Shown: one piece after another, positions 23,085 to 35,261 of the stretch
Layout of the letters: each line of letters starts with the position of its first letter
Position numbering within the stretch: position 1 is the first letter of the stretch
Assembly: GCA_001938485.1 (NCBI GenBank)
Contig: MQRK01232830.1
Span: 1 to 61,756, forward strand
Length of the DNA stretch: 61,756 nucleotides
From: Girardia tigrina
Taxonomy: Eukaryota
Direction: 5' to 3'
Notes under the pieces: generated by a model
The model's input: the letters and a program-made list of their open reading frames with translations, nothing else
Databases searched by the model: none
Told to the model about the DNA's origin: nothing
Program-made: the position numbers and the translations under genes

Positions 23085-23265
23085 ATAATTTTAGAAGTTA
23101 AATATTTTAAAAAATCACTTGAGAAAAATTGTTCGAATAATCATGATTAAAAGTAGAAATAAGAAAACCAATTAGAACGATGGCAAAGGATGAAAGACTT
23201 TCTGAGAGTTGTAATGACTCTAAATGTAATTGTAATAAAAATTCAAATGAGTTTATATATAACGT
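23085..23265 (+). mobile_element. 3' half of a gypsy LTR
   Basis: Reverse-complement homolog of about 15290-15470. Confidence 0.8.
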
Positions 23266-24717
23266 TTAGGGTAATCAAGTTTAAATGCTTCAGGTACGGA
23301 TTCAAACGCAACAATACTAATAAATATATTAAACGATTAGTAAGATGAGTCCAGTGATGAACATACGGGCCGCAACGCTGCTAGCTTCTATTTACCAGAC
23401 TATTATTCAGTAAATACGGCATCCCAGAAACGTCGGAAACATAATGTGTAATACTTCAAACTTTCTAGGATAAATAATAAATAAGTCTTAAATTAGTTTG
23501 TTATTAAAAAAATGATTTTAATAAAATATGAAAAACAAATTAATAATATAAAATCACACAATATAAAATTTATAATTACATCAAAATTGGAAAAAAAAAC
23601 ATAAAACTTTGGTAGACTGATTAGAGTAAGCAACAGGAAATGAAAGGATATGAAATTTTAATATTTAATTCTAATGATTATTAAACTGAAATTTACAATT
23701 TGGTTTATAATTTATAATTAAAATTTATGATTAAAATTCCCTATTAATTTATTTTGATCTAATTTCATTTAATTATATCTTCCAGTTGAAAAAAACACAT
23801 AATATTATCCCATAAATGAAAGATTTTATCTTTCTTTTTTTTCACGAAATAAATGTCCTTAGATGCTATTTTATGCAAGAAAGACAAGAAAAAATACGAA
23901 AAAAACCCTAAACGTATAAAGTATCTGTAAGAAAGTGGTATTTTGCTATGTGGTATGTCTACAACACTATGCGTTAATAATACGTAAAAATTATTTATTA
24001 ATTATTCCTACATTTATTATTTGTAGTATTATTGTTAGCGAAACAACCATGAGTTTTATTTTTAATATTTGACATTATTTTATGCCTCTAAATCTATTTT
24101 TATTAAAACTTTAAACAATCAGATTTATTTATTAAAATTTCAAAAATTATAATTTTTTCTATTGATAAAATTATATTTAAAATTTTTTTATAATGTATTC
24201 AAAATGTGCATAATGCCACTTTTAAATAATCAGAATATTCAAAACATCAATCGGCCATCACCGTCGGAGAGATTACATTATTTAACAACATTCAACATTC
24301 ACTGTACATGACAAATTCTCACATCCCTCTTTACCCTTCTATATTTCTAATCAAAATTCGACCATGATGGAACTCAAACTCCTAAATTATTAATTGCCTA
24401 TGATTATTTAATGTTGACGAACCAATAATTAGATATTCCTATTTTATTACTTTTTTTCTATTTTTTTTCAATTTGATAGATTAATTTTGTCTCTTCTGCT
24501 ATGTACTGCTTACATTCATGTTTATATTAAATTTCCTTTTGGAATCTCCATCAATGTCTCAGTGAGTGTCAAATATTATTTCCACTAAAGAAATACTTAT
24601 TTTATCTTTGTTCGTTTTACATGAATATTACTGTATTGTCTTATTTCCCGATACCAATAAACATATACTCATTATATTTATATTGTTTATTTATTATTTA
24701 GTAGTATTATATTTATA

Positions 24718-25727
24718 CAGTAAAACCTCTCTATTAGGAGTCATTTGGGACCGAGAAAACTACATCTCTATAAGAAAAGTTGCTTATAGAGAGGGAATGA
24801 ATATAAATTAAATTAATGAATAAAAGAAAAAATAATACTTTGAATCTGTTGTAATTTTTAATTTAACAAATAAATACAAAATAGACTAATTAAAAATAAA
24901 TTCTTTAAAAAATTCGTTTATTAATCTCATTGTTTAACATATTTTCCACTTTAAAAAGTTCAGTAGCTATTTCAGGATTGATCTCGTAAAATTTGTTTTT
25001 TAAAGCAACAAGTTTCACTTTAAGCTGTTTTAATTGATCGGCTTCATCGCAACTATTTTTATTTATGCTTTCGTTTTCTGTGATTAATGGCTCATCAATA
25101 AGTTCTTTTTTATAGTGTCATTAAATTATCTTTCGAATCAAACTCGATAAACACGCTTTATAGTTTATAAGTTGCCTCTGGTGCAGTAGAATAAATTGCT
25201 GAAATAATTCTTACAAGATTTTTAATTTATCTCAAATATAAATATGATAAATATAATTAAATATAATTATCTGTTTCGTTTTCAAATGAATTCGTTCTTG
25301 TTGGTTCATTTTCTTGAATTTCATAACTAAAAAGCTTTTGGAAACAATTAACGATAGTTGCAGATGATACATGGTTCCAAGCCAATACGATATGTTCAAG
25401 AGCATTGAACACATTAAAATTTGCTAGTTTTACTTTCATTTCTTCACATGACAAAATAAAGATTGTATTTTAAAAACTCTCCGTGTATTTTTGTTTATAG
25501 TTATAAAAAATTCGTTGATCTAAAGGTTGAATCAACGATGTTGTATTCGGTGGAAGAAAGAAAAATTTGGTATTTGAAAGTTCCTCAATCATATGAGAAC
25601 TGCAATTATCAAGGATTACAAGAATTTTTCGGTTTTTTTCCAAAATAAGTTATTTTTTAAAAAAAATACTGTTCCTTAAAGAGAATTACATCTTATAAAG
25701 AGGGAACTTTATAGAGAGGTTTTACTG
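24718..25727 (-). mobile_element. Tigger/pogo internally deleted element
   Basis: TIR CAGTAAAACCTCTCTAT, TA flanks; relic NVFNALEHIVLAWNHVSSATIVNCFQK typical of the pogo DDE_1 C-terminus. Confidence 0.9.
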
Positions 25728-25839
25728 TATTGGTAATAAAATTTTACCTTATTATTATTGTTAGGGGTTCTTTTTGGTGAACTGTAAAGTTTTGATATTT
25801 TTTAAATTAAAAATCATATTTATATTTGAGATAAATTAA

Positions 25840-26320
25840 AAATAATGTTCTACTAATTAAAATGAAATAACTTTTTATAAAAAATTTAAGTTTATAGATA
25901 ATATTTTTACAAATTAAAATGAAAAAAGGTTTCATAAAAAAATATAGTTTAACTTTTTATAAAAATTATAGTTCACAGATAGTATTGTACTAATTAAAAT
26001 GAAATAAGTTTTTATAAAACATTATAGTGTAATGACAATATTTTACTAATTAAATTGGAACAACTTTTTTATAAAGATTAGGTTTTAAAAAATCACAATT
26101 AAAATAACAGCTTCGGAGTTAAAAAATATTGTAAAGAAGATTTTGATTTATCTTGTAACACTATTTAAAATAAAAATCATAATGCTTATTGAATATAATT
26201 GTCAACGGAAAAATTTATTAAAATAAATAATTTATTGAATATTTTAAAATCAAGTTCTAAAATAAAAATCATAATGTTTTATTGAAGTTAATTGTCGACG
26301 GAAGTCTTGTTAAAAAAATA
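25840..26320 (+). repeat. degenerate AT-rich tandem repeats (about 60 bp x4, then about 95 bp x2)
   Basis: Recurrent TACTAATTAAAATGAAATAACTTTTTATAAAA and TAAAATAAAAATCATAATG..TATTGAA. Confidence 0.7.
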
Positions 26321-26624
26321 ATTTATAATTGAATGATTTAAAATTAAAGAAAAAATTATTTAAGAATTGAATTTTTACAGGACATTTCCATTAAAATATT
26401 TTTAAAGATCTAAATTTATATTTCAATTAATAAACATTGTAAAAATTAATAAAACAAAAACAAAAAATGATTTATGCAANNNNNNNNNNNNNNNNNNNNN
26501 NNNNNNNNNNNNNNNNNNNNNNNNNNNNNNNNNNNNNNNNNNNNNNNNNNNNNNNNNNNNNNNNNNNNNNNNNNNNNNNNNNNNNNNNNNNNNNNNNNNN
26601 NNNNNNNNNNNNNNNNNNNNNNNN

Positions 26625-26772
26625 TCGTGAGACAGATTAGTTTTACTCTACTATATAAACCGTCATTACAATAGTAATTCTGTTCAGTACGAGAGGAACC
26701 ACAGATTCGGATCACTGGTAAATGTGCTTGATCGAAAGGTCAGTGGCACGAAGCTACCATCCGAGAGATTAT
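26625..26772 (+). pseudogene. dispersed 28S rRNA fragment (3' region including the sarcin-ricin loop)
   Basis: TCGTGAGACAG.TTAGTTTTAC.CTACT, CAGTACGAGAGGAACC and CGAAGCTACCATC match the eukaryotic LSU rRNA; substitutions at conserved sites; abuts an N gap. Confidence 0.92.
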
Positions 26773-28059
26773 ATACACATCGATACATACACATCGATAT
26801 TATTATTTATATTTAGAATTTTAAAATTTGGTTTATGTAACTGAAATATTGTTCCTCATAAATTTGTTTGAATAATGAAATTTGTATTAGAAATAAAGTT
26901 TGCGAATAATGACTTTGGATTTTAATCACGAACCCAATAATTATTATATTTATATTATTGCTATATATTTTACTTATTATTTAATATTATCCTATTTATA
27001 TTAATAAATATTATATTAATTAATTAATAAAAATTGCATATAGCAAAACTATTGATCTAGATAATTCTATAGGCAATCAAAATTATATTTTAAATTGAAA
27101 AACTTATTTTATATCGCTATTTACCGTAGAACGACAACGCTTTTATTTCATTGCAATCAACTCCTCATATTCGGCAACTTGTGGACGGAATCTTCTTTCT
27201 TTTAACTCAATAAGATAAAGAAGTAAACCCTTTTCTCGGGCAAAATTATTCATATTAAATTGACTATTCTATTTACATTTTGTTGCCTCACTTCTCTTAA
27301 TCCAGTATTTAACTAATTCCTCAGAATAAGACAAATAATCTAATTAGGAATCAAGAAAAAAATCATAAAGAAATCTATTTTTGTCAGAAATGGAGCATCA
27401 ATCTATACGTTCGGTATAAATTATTTTTATCCCTACGAGACATTGTAAGATTAATTTGTTTGACCATATCTTCTCTCACTTACTCTGTTGTGATCTTAAA
27501 TAAGTCTTTTTCTTTATTTGGTTGTTAAGTTTTATTTATTTCAATTATATCTTCAAAGTTATATAATATTTGGGTAATTTAGTTTTAACTTTTATGAATA
27601 GTAAAGGTTAAGCGATTTTGGCAATTTCGAGAATGTACAACGGTCCTCTTTAGGGCCATAAATCGTGATTGTTTCAATCCTTATTGCCGAAAGCCGCTTC
27701 CGGATGAAAGCGAGAATCCAACCGGCTGTTGTGTTGGAAAGCGAATACCGACAACGAAAGCCATGTCATGTGATGATAGAGAGATTCAAAGCATATATCT
27801 TCAAAGTTATATAATATTTGGGCACTTAAGTTTTAATTTTTATAAATAATAAGGGTATAAAAAGCGCTTTTGGCAATTTATTTTCATGCTGATAAATCTT
27901 TTCCTTATTTTTATATTATATAAAAGTAAAACCTAAATTGCCCAAATATGATATAACTTTAAAGATAACATTCATTATTAATTCTAGTTATGACAAAACG
28001 TTTGTTTAATATTCTTTAGTTTAATCTTTCAAAAATCAAAATATTTATATAAGTGCTGC

Positions 28060-28960
28060 AGTTTAAAGATCAGACGACACGAGTATGACCGATAATAGAC
28101 AACAAGTTATTGAACAAACACATTCATATATATCCGAGTTGCAGTAATGTTATTTATCAGTCGAGACTGCAGGAGTTGAGAAAATTAGATCTTAACTGTG
28201 CTGCAATAGATTTTAAGAAGTCATATTTGAAAGAGAAGGTAGTCCAAAATCTATGGAGGTATCCACTTGATACTATCAAGCACTCATGTTGAAGTATCCA
28301 GAAAATCTGATAACAAGATCGGGTTCAGTCTGTCCTCCTTTGTTTCTCCATATCTCTCTAGATAATTCTATTGAAATATCCTTCAATGGTGGTTGAATAG
28401 GTTTCGAAACCATCATTGAAATACGACATTCACGCAACTTAACTAATCATCGATAAAATTGAAATTGCAAACTTTAAATCGTACGACGTAACGAAAGTTT
28501 TCGATCGGTTTCATCAGAATTTACATGTGTTATCGATGGATGATCAAAATGGTTACTTTAATGTAATACCGGACTTAAAAGTCGTCGTTTTGCTTTAAGC
28601 GGCTGTTGATTGTCAGAGATATTCAGTTCAAAGGATAAAAAAACTTCCATCTAAAAAAAATAATATTAAATATTATCTTGGGATTGTTGGCAAGAATAAC
28701 CTCAGTATTTATTACATATCCATTCTTGCAAGAGCTAGAATGATGATCATGAGGAAGATTAAAATAGTCATCCTCCTTCATCCACTCTACCAACGCATTA
28801 GTGCCGCAGCCGCGTAAGTTCTTGCGTTCTGTTAATAATAACCTAGATATGCAAGAATATCCATAACCTCAGAATCTACACTTTATATGAACATCTAGTT
28901 TGATAAACGCTTGATATAATCAGAGAAATGAAGGATCAGGAAAAACTGGAAGTGGAACTT
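28060..28960 (+). mobile_element. highly decayed non-LTR retrotransposon RT (R4/NeSL-like motifs)
   Basis: Relics AIDFKKSY, LDTIKHS, HVLSMDD, YYLGI and QRNEGSG in the expected order. Confidence 0.55.
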
Positions 28961-29399
28961 CAATTTGTGAAATTCTAGTATAATTTGTTAAATAGATTGA
29001 CCAGGGTTTTGAAGCAGTGGCTGAAAAAAAGTGTCAGTAAATGCAATTGAAGTAAATCTGAAACTGTTTGTTGATAAAATCAAGTAAATACATGATATAT
29101 GTCACTTTGGGATCAAAAGAACAAATAAAATAGTAAAAGAAAAATATTAAACAGATCAATCATGTTCGATCAAGGTAAGAAATGAATGAATCAGCGTGAC
29201 GCGTGTTCAAAGATAAGTTCAGCACCATGACAACATGGAAAATTATGGACTGAAAAACTTTAGTATCAACTCTATGGTGATTTGAATTATTTCAATTATA
29301 TTGTATATATAACGATAGTAATAAAATACTGAATTCGGAGAAAGTTGAATAATGAATCTTATGATGAACTGAGTTTGCATATAGATGATATATTTTCAG

Positions 29400-30020
29400 A
29401 ATTTTAGCAATCTAAAGGTTTATTTCCTGAAAATGGAGTAGCCTAGAAAAAGACAAAAAGTTAATGGAAAATTGAAGAAGATTTTGTTCATCAGCCAATC
29501 GACATCAAGGAAACGGAATGTTGAGAAAAAACCACCGAACCATAAAGACAATAGCAGCGAGATTTTAAAGGAAAATCAGTGAATGTGTGTTTTCGAATAA
29601 CAGAGAAATTCGAGACCGTATGAATTGATTTTCCATGTAAAATCTTGATTATCCATGATACGAGATGAGAGCCAAGTTAAGTTTAAATTCATTTTGAAAT
29701 ATAACTAGAATGATGATTATGACGAGAACAGGGTTACAATGTACATATCCCAATCACGATAGCTACGAAAATAAAAGAATCTACTACAGTTGCTTCTGTT
29801 GATTACACCACAGACAGCGATGTCAAAGTAACTCACGAAATAGAACTGATTACACTTCGCAGAGCAATGATGATAAGGAAGAAGCACTAGTTTCAGAGAT
29901 TGTACAAATTTCAATTAAATTATCGATGTGGCTACAGAAGTCACCTGACCATGTAGATGACTGAATGATTTGATCTTCAAATCATGGGGGGGGGTAGTGT
30001 AAAGAATTATTTCGTCTTAT
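29400..30020 (+). mobile_element. gypsy integrase 3' relic with PPT and LTR start
   Basis: RHQGNGML...RTIKT-like relic, then ATCATGGGGGGGGG followed by TGTAAAGAAT at 29998. Confidence 0.5.
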
Positions 30021-30789
30021 ATTTGTTAAAAAAACAAATATTGTAGACATAAATAATTGACTTGTAAAAATCGTGTTATCAATTTGTAACATAAATAAGT
30101 TAGCTAACCTTTTTTTATCAAACTCATGTTTTTAGATTTTAAGAAAATCCAAATCATTTTCGAGTTGTCAATGTTTTGGTTTTCTACAGCATATCTAACA
30201 AAAGAAATATGATTGAAATAAAAACGTTTCATTAACACAAAATTTTAACAATTTATCCATAAAAATAAAATTCCAAATGTCACAAAGAAATAAATTTTTA
30301 CTCGAAAATAAAAATAAAAAAAAGTCATTATGAAAAGACAATCTTAAAATATTAAAAAAAATCCTAATTTAAATTAGTTTACTGAAAATAAACAGTAATA
30401 TATAATATAAAATGAAAAATTGTTTGAAAGTAATTTTTAAGAAAACATTTTAGTCACGGAAATTGAGCAGAAAAAAATTTTATTCAACAAATTACATCGG
30501 AAAAGTATTTTTATCGCATTTTCTAAGAAAAAAATATATTCTGTTTATGAAACAATTTCGATTAACATATTCTATTTGTTGTTAGGTGAAGTTTATCCAC
30601 ATCCGTAACTAAGCAACGACTTAAATTAAATTTGAGCGCGAATATATGGTATTCAAATTGCATAAGACGGAAAATACTTTCATACTTTTAATCAATTATT
30701 GCATTATGTATTGAACAAACATTTTCTTCCTCATTAGACAAATATACTTAATTTAATCAATACTCACTTTATTTCCAATACATTTTCTG

Positions 30790-31563
30790 TAGCTCTATTC
30801 GGTAACCACTATTCTGGCCCAACATTACTCAGAGTTAGCTTAACGGTTCGCATCCATGAACAGACCACATTACCATTACCCGATACCATTATACACACAT
30901 GGACTAAGGAAAATATTATAAATAAAATAATTAAATTTTATTGAGCAACTTCAAATATTTTATACTGCAAACATTTTAAGATGAATCCTGAATACCCTGC
31001 GTAACCCTCTCATTGACATAAGATTACAACTGTTGTAACGAGGTCGCCAAACTTTCAACTCGATGTCCTTCATTATTCTACGTAAGCTTGTGCGTGGTAT
31101 ATGCAACTGCAAAATTGCACGAACTGCAGATGTTGATGGCGCATTCTGATAGAAAGTTCTAACATTTTCTTTATTTTCATCGGTATTCATATTGTTAGGG
31201 CGCCCACTTCTTTTCTTGTCGGTTACAGAGCCGGTCTCGTGAAACTTTTTAGCCAAAACATGCATTGATTGTCGTGATGGAGGAGCGTCATTAGGATACT
31301 CTTTTGCAAATGCTGCAGCTACAGCTCTTGAATTTCAATCATGCTTTATCCACTGCTTTACTATAAAAATTCGTTGCTGAAGTGTTAATTATCGTGCCTT
31401 GCCAATATTGCCAACAACAATGAACAAAATGAAATAATTTTAAAACTTTTTAAATAAATAATTATTAAAACAAACAATTTTATCTGGTTTTTGTTTATAA
31501 ATCATTTAGAATTTTGTGTTTATTATTATTAAAACTGGGTAAAGCGACTTATGGTCACCCCTG
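30790..31563 (-). mobile_element. Tc1/mariner-superfamily element, left end and N-terminal HTH region
   Basis: TA-CAGGGGTGACC terminus at 31563; QRIFIVKQW...KKFHETGSVTDKKRSGRP...SLRRIMKDIELK. Confidence 0.85.
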
Positions 31564-32260
31564 TATATAGATTTAACAGTATGCTATAGAGCTATTTTGA
31601 GAATATGTGTAAATCTTGTAATGGCAAATATTTTACTTTTGATAAACAATTTGGAGAAAAAGCATTTATTTTTAAAAGGTGCTTAATCACTAAAGCTTTT
31701 CAACCATGCTGAATCCGAATATGGTGATAGTTTTGAAAAACTATGTATTCATTATTGCTTTAAAAAGACCTAAAACAGGCATCTTCTAACTTGTCTATAA
31801 TACTCAATTTTACTAGAAACATTGGAATTTTCTAGAAAACTCAAATTTAACTAAACAAAAAACTCTAGAATTTTGTACTGATTAATGATATAGTTTTGAA
31901 TGATAAAAATATTATTTAGTTCTACATTAACATTTTTGCATTTACAGTACACTCGAATAAGTAATAGTAACAATGTGTGAGCATTGAGTGGCACCCTCTA
32001 TTCCTAACCACAACCACCACTGACGTATAAAAAATAAACTAGAAGTCCTCGACAAAAATGAAGTTCAGATTCTGGATCAGAGCATTTAAATTAGCTAGCA
32101 AAGAGCGATTTCAATCAGGAAACAAAACTTATGTTCATCAGTGTATACGAAGCGATTTATCTAAACAAGTTAAAGTTTTTTAAAAAATCTGGAAATTATT
32201 TATGGTATCACAGTGAGAAAACCATTTAAATGACGTGTAATTATGTTTAAATATTCATTT

Positions 32261-32296
32261 TAACTGACGATGACAGTAAAGGTGAAACTAGTTTTA
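32261..32296 (+). ncRNA. minimal hammerhead ribozyme with damaged stem II, in a Penelope relic
   Basis: TAA-CTGACGA-T-GAC..GT-GAAA-CTAG-TT-TTA; palindrome ACTAGT; upstream YEAIYLNKLK endonuclease relic. Confidence 0.65.
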
Positions 32297-32437
32297 CGAA
32301 ATAAAATTATTGATAAATGGGGTTTTAGTTTTGTTTTATCAACGTTGTCATTGAGCCTTATTTAAAACGATATATATATATATATATNNNNNNNNNNNNN
32401 NNNNNNNNNNNNNNNNNNNNNNNNNNNNNNNNNNNNN

Positions 32438-32472
<35 letters not shown>

Positions 32473-32619
32473 TTATTTAATATTTTTGTAAAATATTTTT
32501 TTCATTTAATTAAAGATTTTAAGAATTTAAAAGGCTTTAATATTTTTTTCAATTTTATTATTTATCACTATTTATTTTTACTCAGAAAGACAACAGATAC
32601 TGAAGAAAAAATTTGTATA

Positions 32620-33040
32620 CATAATGTGCATATGTTCGAAAAAGCAATATGTATTCATTTTTTCAAAAATCTAGGATCATATTCTGACTATTCATATATG
32701 AGTTACTATACATGTGTTCAGACAGATTTTCGATATTTTGCTTGCTTCGCTATCTATACCCTATGGGCATTCGGCCCCACTGTGGGCATTCTACCCCACT
32801 TTACACTATATTATATTAAAATTTTATATATAAATTTTATGATATTTGATGGAAGTTCACTGATTTGGAATTTTTATTTCAATTTTAAACTCGTAGATCA
32901 TGGTTTAAATATTCTTAGAGGATGTTTGAAGGACATCATGTACTCAAACAAACAAATAGATCTAAACACAATAGATCTATACATTGCACAAATTATGCAT
33001 ACTGTACAAAGGAAGTAAGAACATCTCTGAACGCATTTCT
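32620..33040 (-). repeat. inverted dispersed copy of the repeat at about 5050-5395
   Basis: Reverse complement matches GCTTTTTCGAACATATGCACATTATGT, GTAACTCATATATGAATAGTCAGA and TATAGTGTAAAGTG. Confidence 0.85.
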
Positions 33041-33339
33041 GAACTTACTTTACCTTTATAAATAATGAGATAATAATTAAACTAATAGTTTAACAAAAGT
33101 TTTATTAAAGCAACAACGGAAAGAGTAAAAGAAGTATGTGGTTCGATCACAGGCAGTAGGAAAGAGAGTCAATTCGATTAGAGAGTTTTTATTAGTAAAT
33201 TTTATTTCAATTACTGAAGTACATTTAATAAAGTTTTATAAACTTAGTTTAAACATGCTAAGTGATTCGTCAAATCATATTAGAGTATTTTGACTTAACA
33301 CATAATGATGTAATGATCCTCTAACATTCTAAATGAAAA

Positions 33340-33708
33340 GCCGTGATTACATTGCAGTCTTTCAGTAACATTTAATTCCATTTCTGGTTATTTCCAATTT
33401 ATCAACAAGACAATGCCGCTATTCATGTTAATGAGGAGTCCAAGGCATGCTTTGAAAAGCAAGCAATTGAACTTTTGCCCTGGCCAACTGTTTATCCTGA
33501 CTGTAATCCGATGGAAAACATATAGGGTGGACTATCGTGGCGAGTGTATGCAGGAAACAAACAATATGAATCTGTAATTTCTCTCAAACATGCCATTGTT
33601 GAAGCAAGGAATGGAATCGACTCCTCTATCCTCAAAAATCATGTCAAGAGCATGAAGAAAAGGATGATTGAACTTTTGAAGAATGGTGGACGTAAAATTG
33701 ACTATTAA
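33340..33708 (+). mobile_element. Tc1/Tc3-like transposase C-terminal relic
   Basis: IYQQDNAAIH...LLPWPTVYPDCNPMENI*G...RVYAG...SMKKRMIELLKNGGRKIDY*. Confidence 0.9.
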
Positions 33709-34849
33709 CAGTAGCCTACTGGTCATTTATTCAGAGTTTTGTTAAATTTCTATTTCAACAATATTTCATCAACATAACGCCCAGGACCTCAACTATAATT
33801 ACCTTCAAACCCAGTACCAGAACACGATTTACCAAAAACTTGCTGACATTCAACCCCTCCCCCTTAGAAATAACAAACCTTACAAACTTAACCTTCTTTG
33901 AACACATAACTTACCACCCCTCTCTATCAACTCCAACAACCCATTGAAAAATATTCCAACCATCATCAGGAACACTACTCATCCTATTCATTAATAAACT
34001 CCTCCTAGTTGGCGGATGTTTCCCACCAACATTTAAATAATCCCTAGAACCAATTACACCCCTATTTCTAAACCCACAAGAATCAGCATCAGAACTCATA
34101 CCCCTAAAATCATTTCTTGCAACAATCTGCCCAGAGGCACCATTGAACAAATCGCCTTAAAAGAAGAACCAACAAACTTCCAAACCTTCTTAACCAAACA
34201 CCTAATGAAACACATAAAAACCAAAGAACACATTTGAACCAATAGTAAATAATTACCAGCAAACACACCATATTTCACACAGTGATGTACAACAACTGCA
34301 AAAACCACCAAAAACAGAAAAATAATTAACTACGTAAACTTAAACCCTTTAAACAAAACAATAAAAAAAATAACAAAACTAAAATTAAACATTCATCAAG
34401 TCTCAAAAAAGAATCCCACACAAACACCCCACTCTCAATAAACAATCAACTCGAATAGGAAAAACAATGAAAAAAATACCACAACTAAACACAAAAATAT
34501 TCATACCTAAATATAATAAAAACAAACCAACACCCCCAAACTTACCATCCACCTCCCACAAAAACATAACAAAAATAAATAATTTCTCATATGAATAAAG
34601 AGAAAAAATTTTAAAACACAAAATACGAACTAACTAAACTCAACAATGCCACCAAGACACATCACAGAAACAAACACCCAAAACAATGTAAATAAAAAAT
34701 TTGACACACCATCATTTTTAAATATTTAACTTTAACAAAACAACTTTAACAATCCCCATATAAACTTCACCCCCCCCCCAAAAAAACAAAACCAATTAAT
34801 AACACATTCAACCATTAAAAACACTTACAAAACAATTCTCACTAAAAGC

Positions 34850-34912
34850 ACATTAAATTAACTCTTAATACCTTCTAACTGCAAACTAGAAATTCTCCCA
34901 CTAACTCTAATA
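34850..34912 (-). tRNA. trnA: mitochondrial tRNA-Ala(UGC) within the NUMT
   Basis: Acceptor TATTAGA/TTTAATG, anticodon arm TCTAG-TTTGCAG-TTAGA, short T arm TTAA-GAG-TTAA. Confidence 0.55.
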
Positions 34913-34991
34913 AACTATGAAGTTTTAAAAACCAAACAAAAACCTAAAAAAAATTAATAATTTTTTTTGAAACTTTCTACATTTCCCCCTT

Positions 34992-35242
34992 TTACACCAA
35001 ACCTTCTACACACACCGGCATCATCGAATGGCCTACACCACAAATCTCCACACATCTACCATAATACTTCCCAGGAACATGTAAAAATAAAAAAACCTTG
35101 ATTATAACGACCCGGAACACAATCCATCTTCATAGCCAATTCTGGAATACAATACCTATGCACCACATCTCTCGACGAAAACAAAAAACGAAACACTTGC
35201 CCAACCAAAATTAGTAATGGAACATCTACCTCCAAATGCCGA
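34992..35242 (-). pseudogene. cox2: cytochrome c oxidase subunit II, C-terminal CuA domain
   Basis: RHLEVDVPLL...DVVH(AGG)YCIPELAMKMDCVPGRYNQ...PGKYYG(AGA)CVEICGVGHSMMPVCVE; one extra T in a T7 run (35089-35095). Confidence 0.95.
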
Positions 35243-35261
35243 TTGATAGCTCATGCCGAAA

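Larger units (their letters stand above)
33725..35242 (-). other. nuclear mitochondrial insertion (NUMT)
   Basis: Abrupt extreme strand skew (G+T-rich minus strand), cox2 3' half, a mitochondrial-type tRNA, hydrophobic ORFs with T/G-ending codons; left edge approximate. Confidence 0.9.

Noticed and set aside
30790-31563. Fanzor/TnpB-like nuclease associated with a Tc1/IS630 element
   Set aside because: No RuvC or zinc-finger motifs seen; only transposase relics.
35089-35095. Poly-U editing to six U, as described for appendicularian mtDNA, to explain the cox2 frameshift
   Set aside because: A single T7 site is explained equally well by homopolymer slippage or sequencing error in a NUMT; the mitogenome and mt mRNA would be needed.
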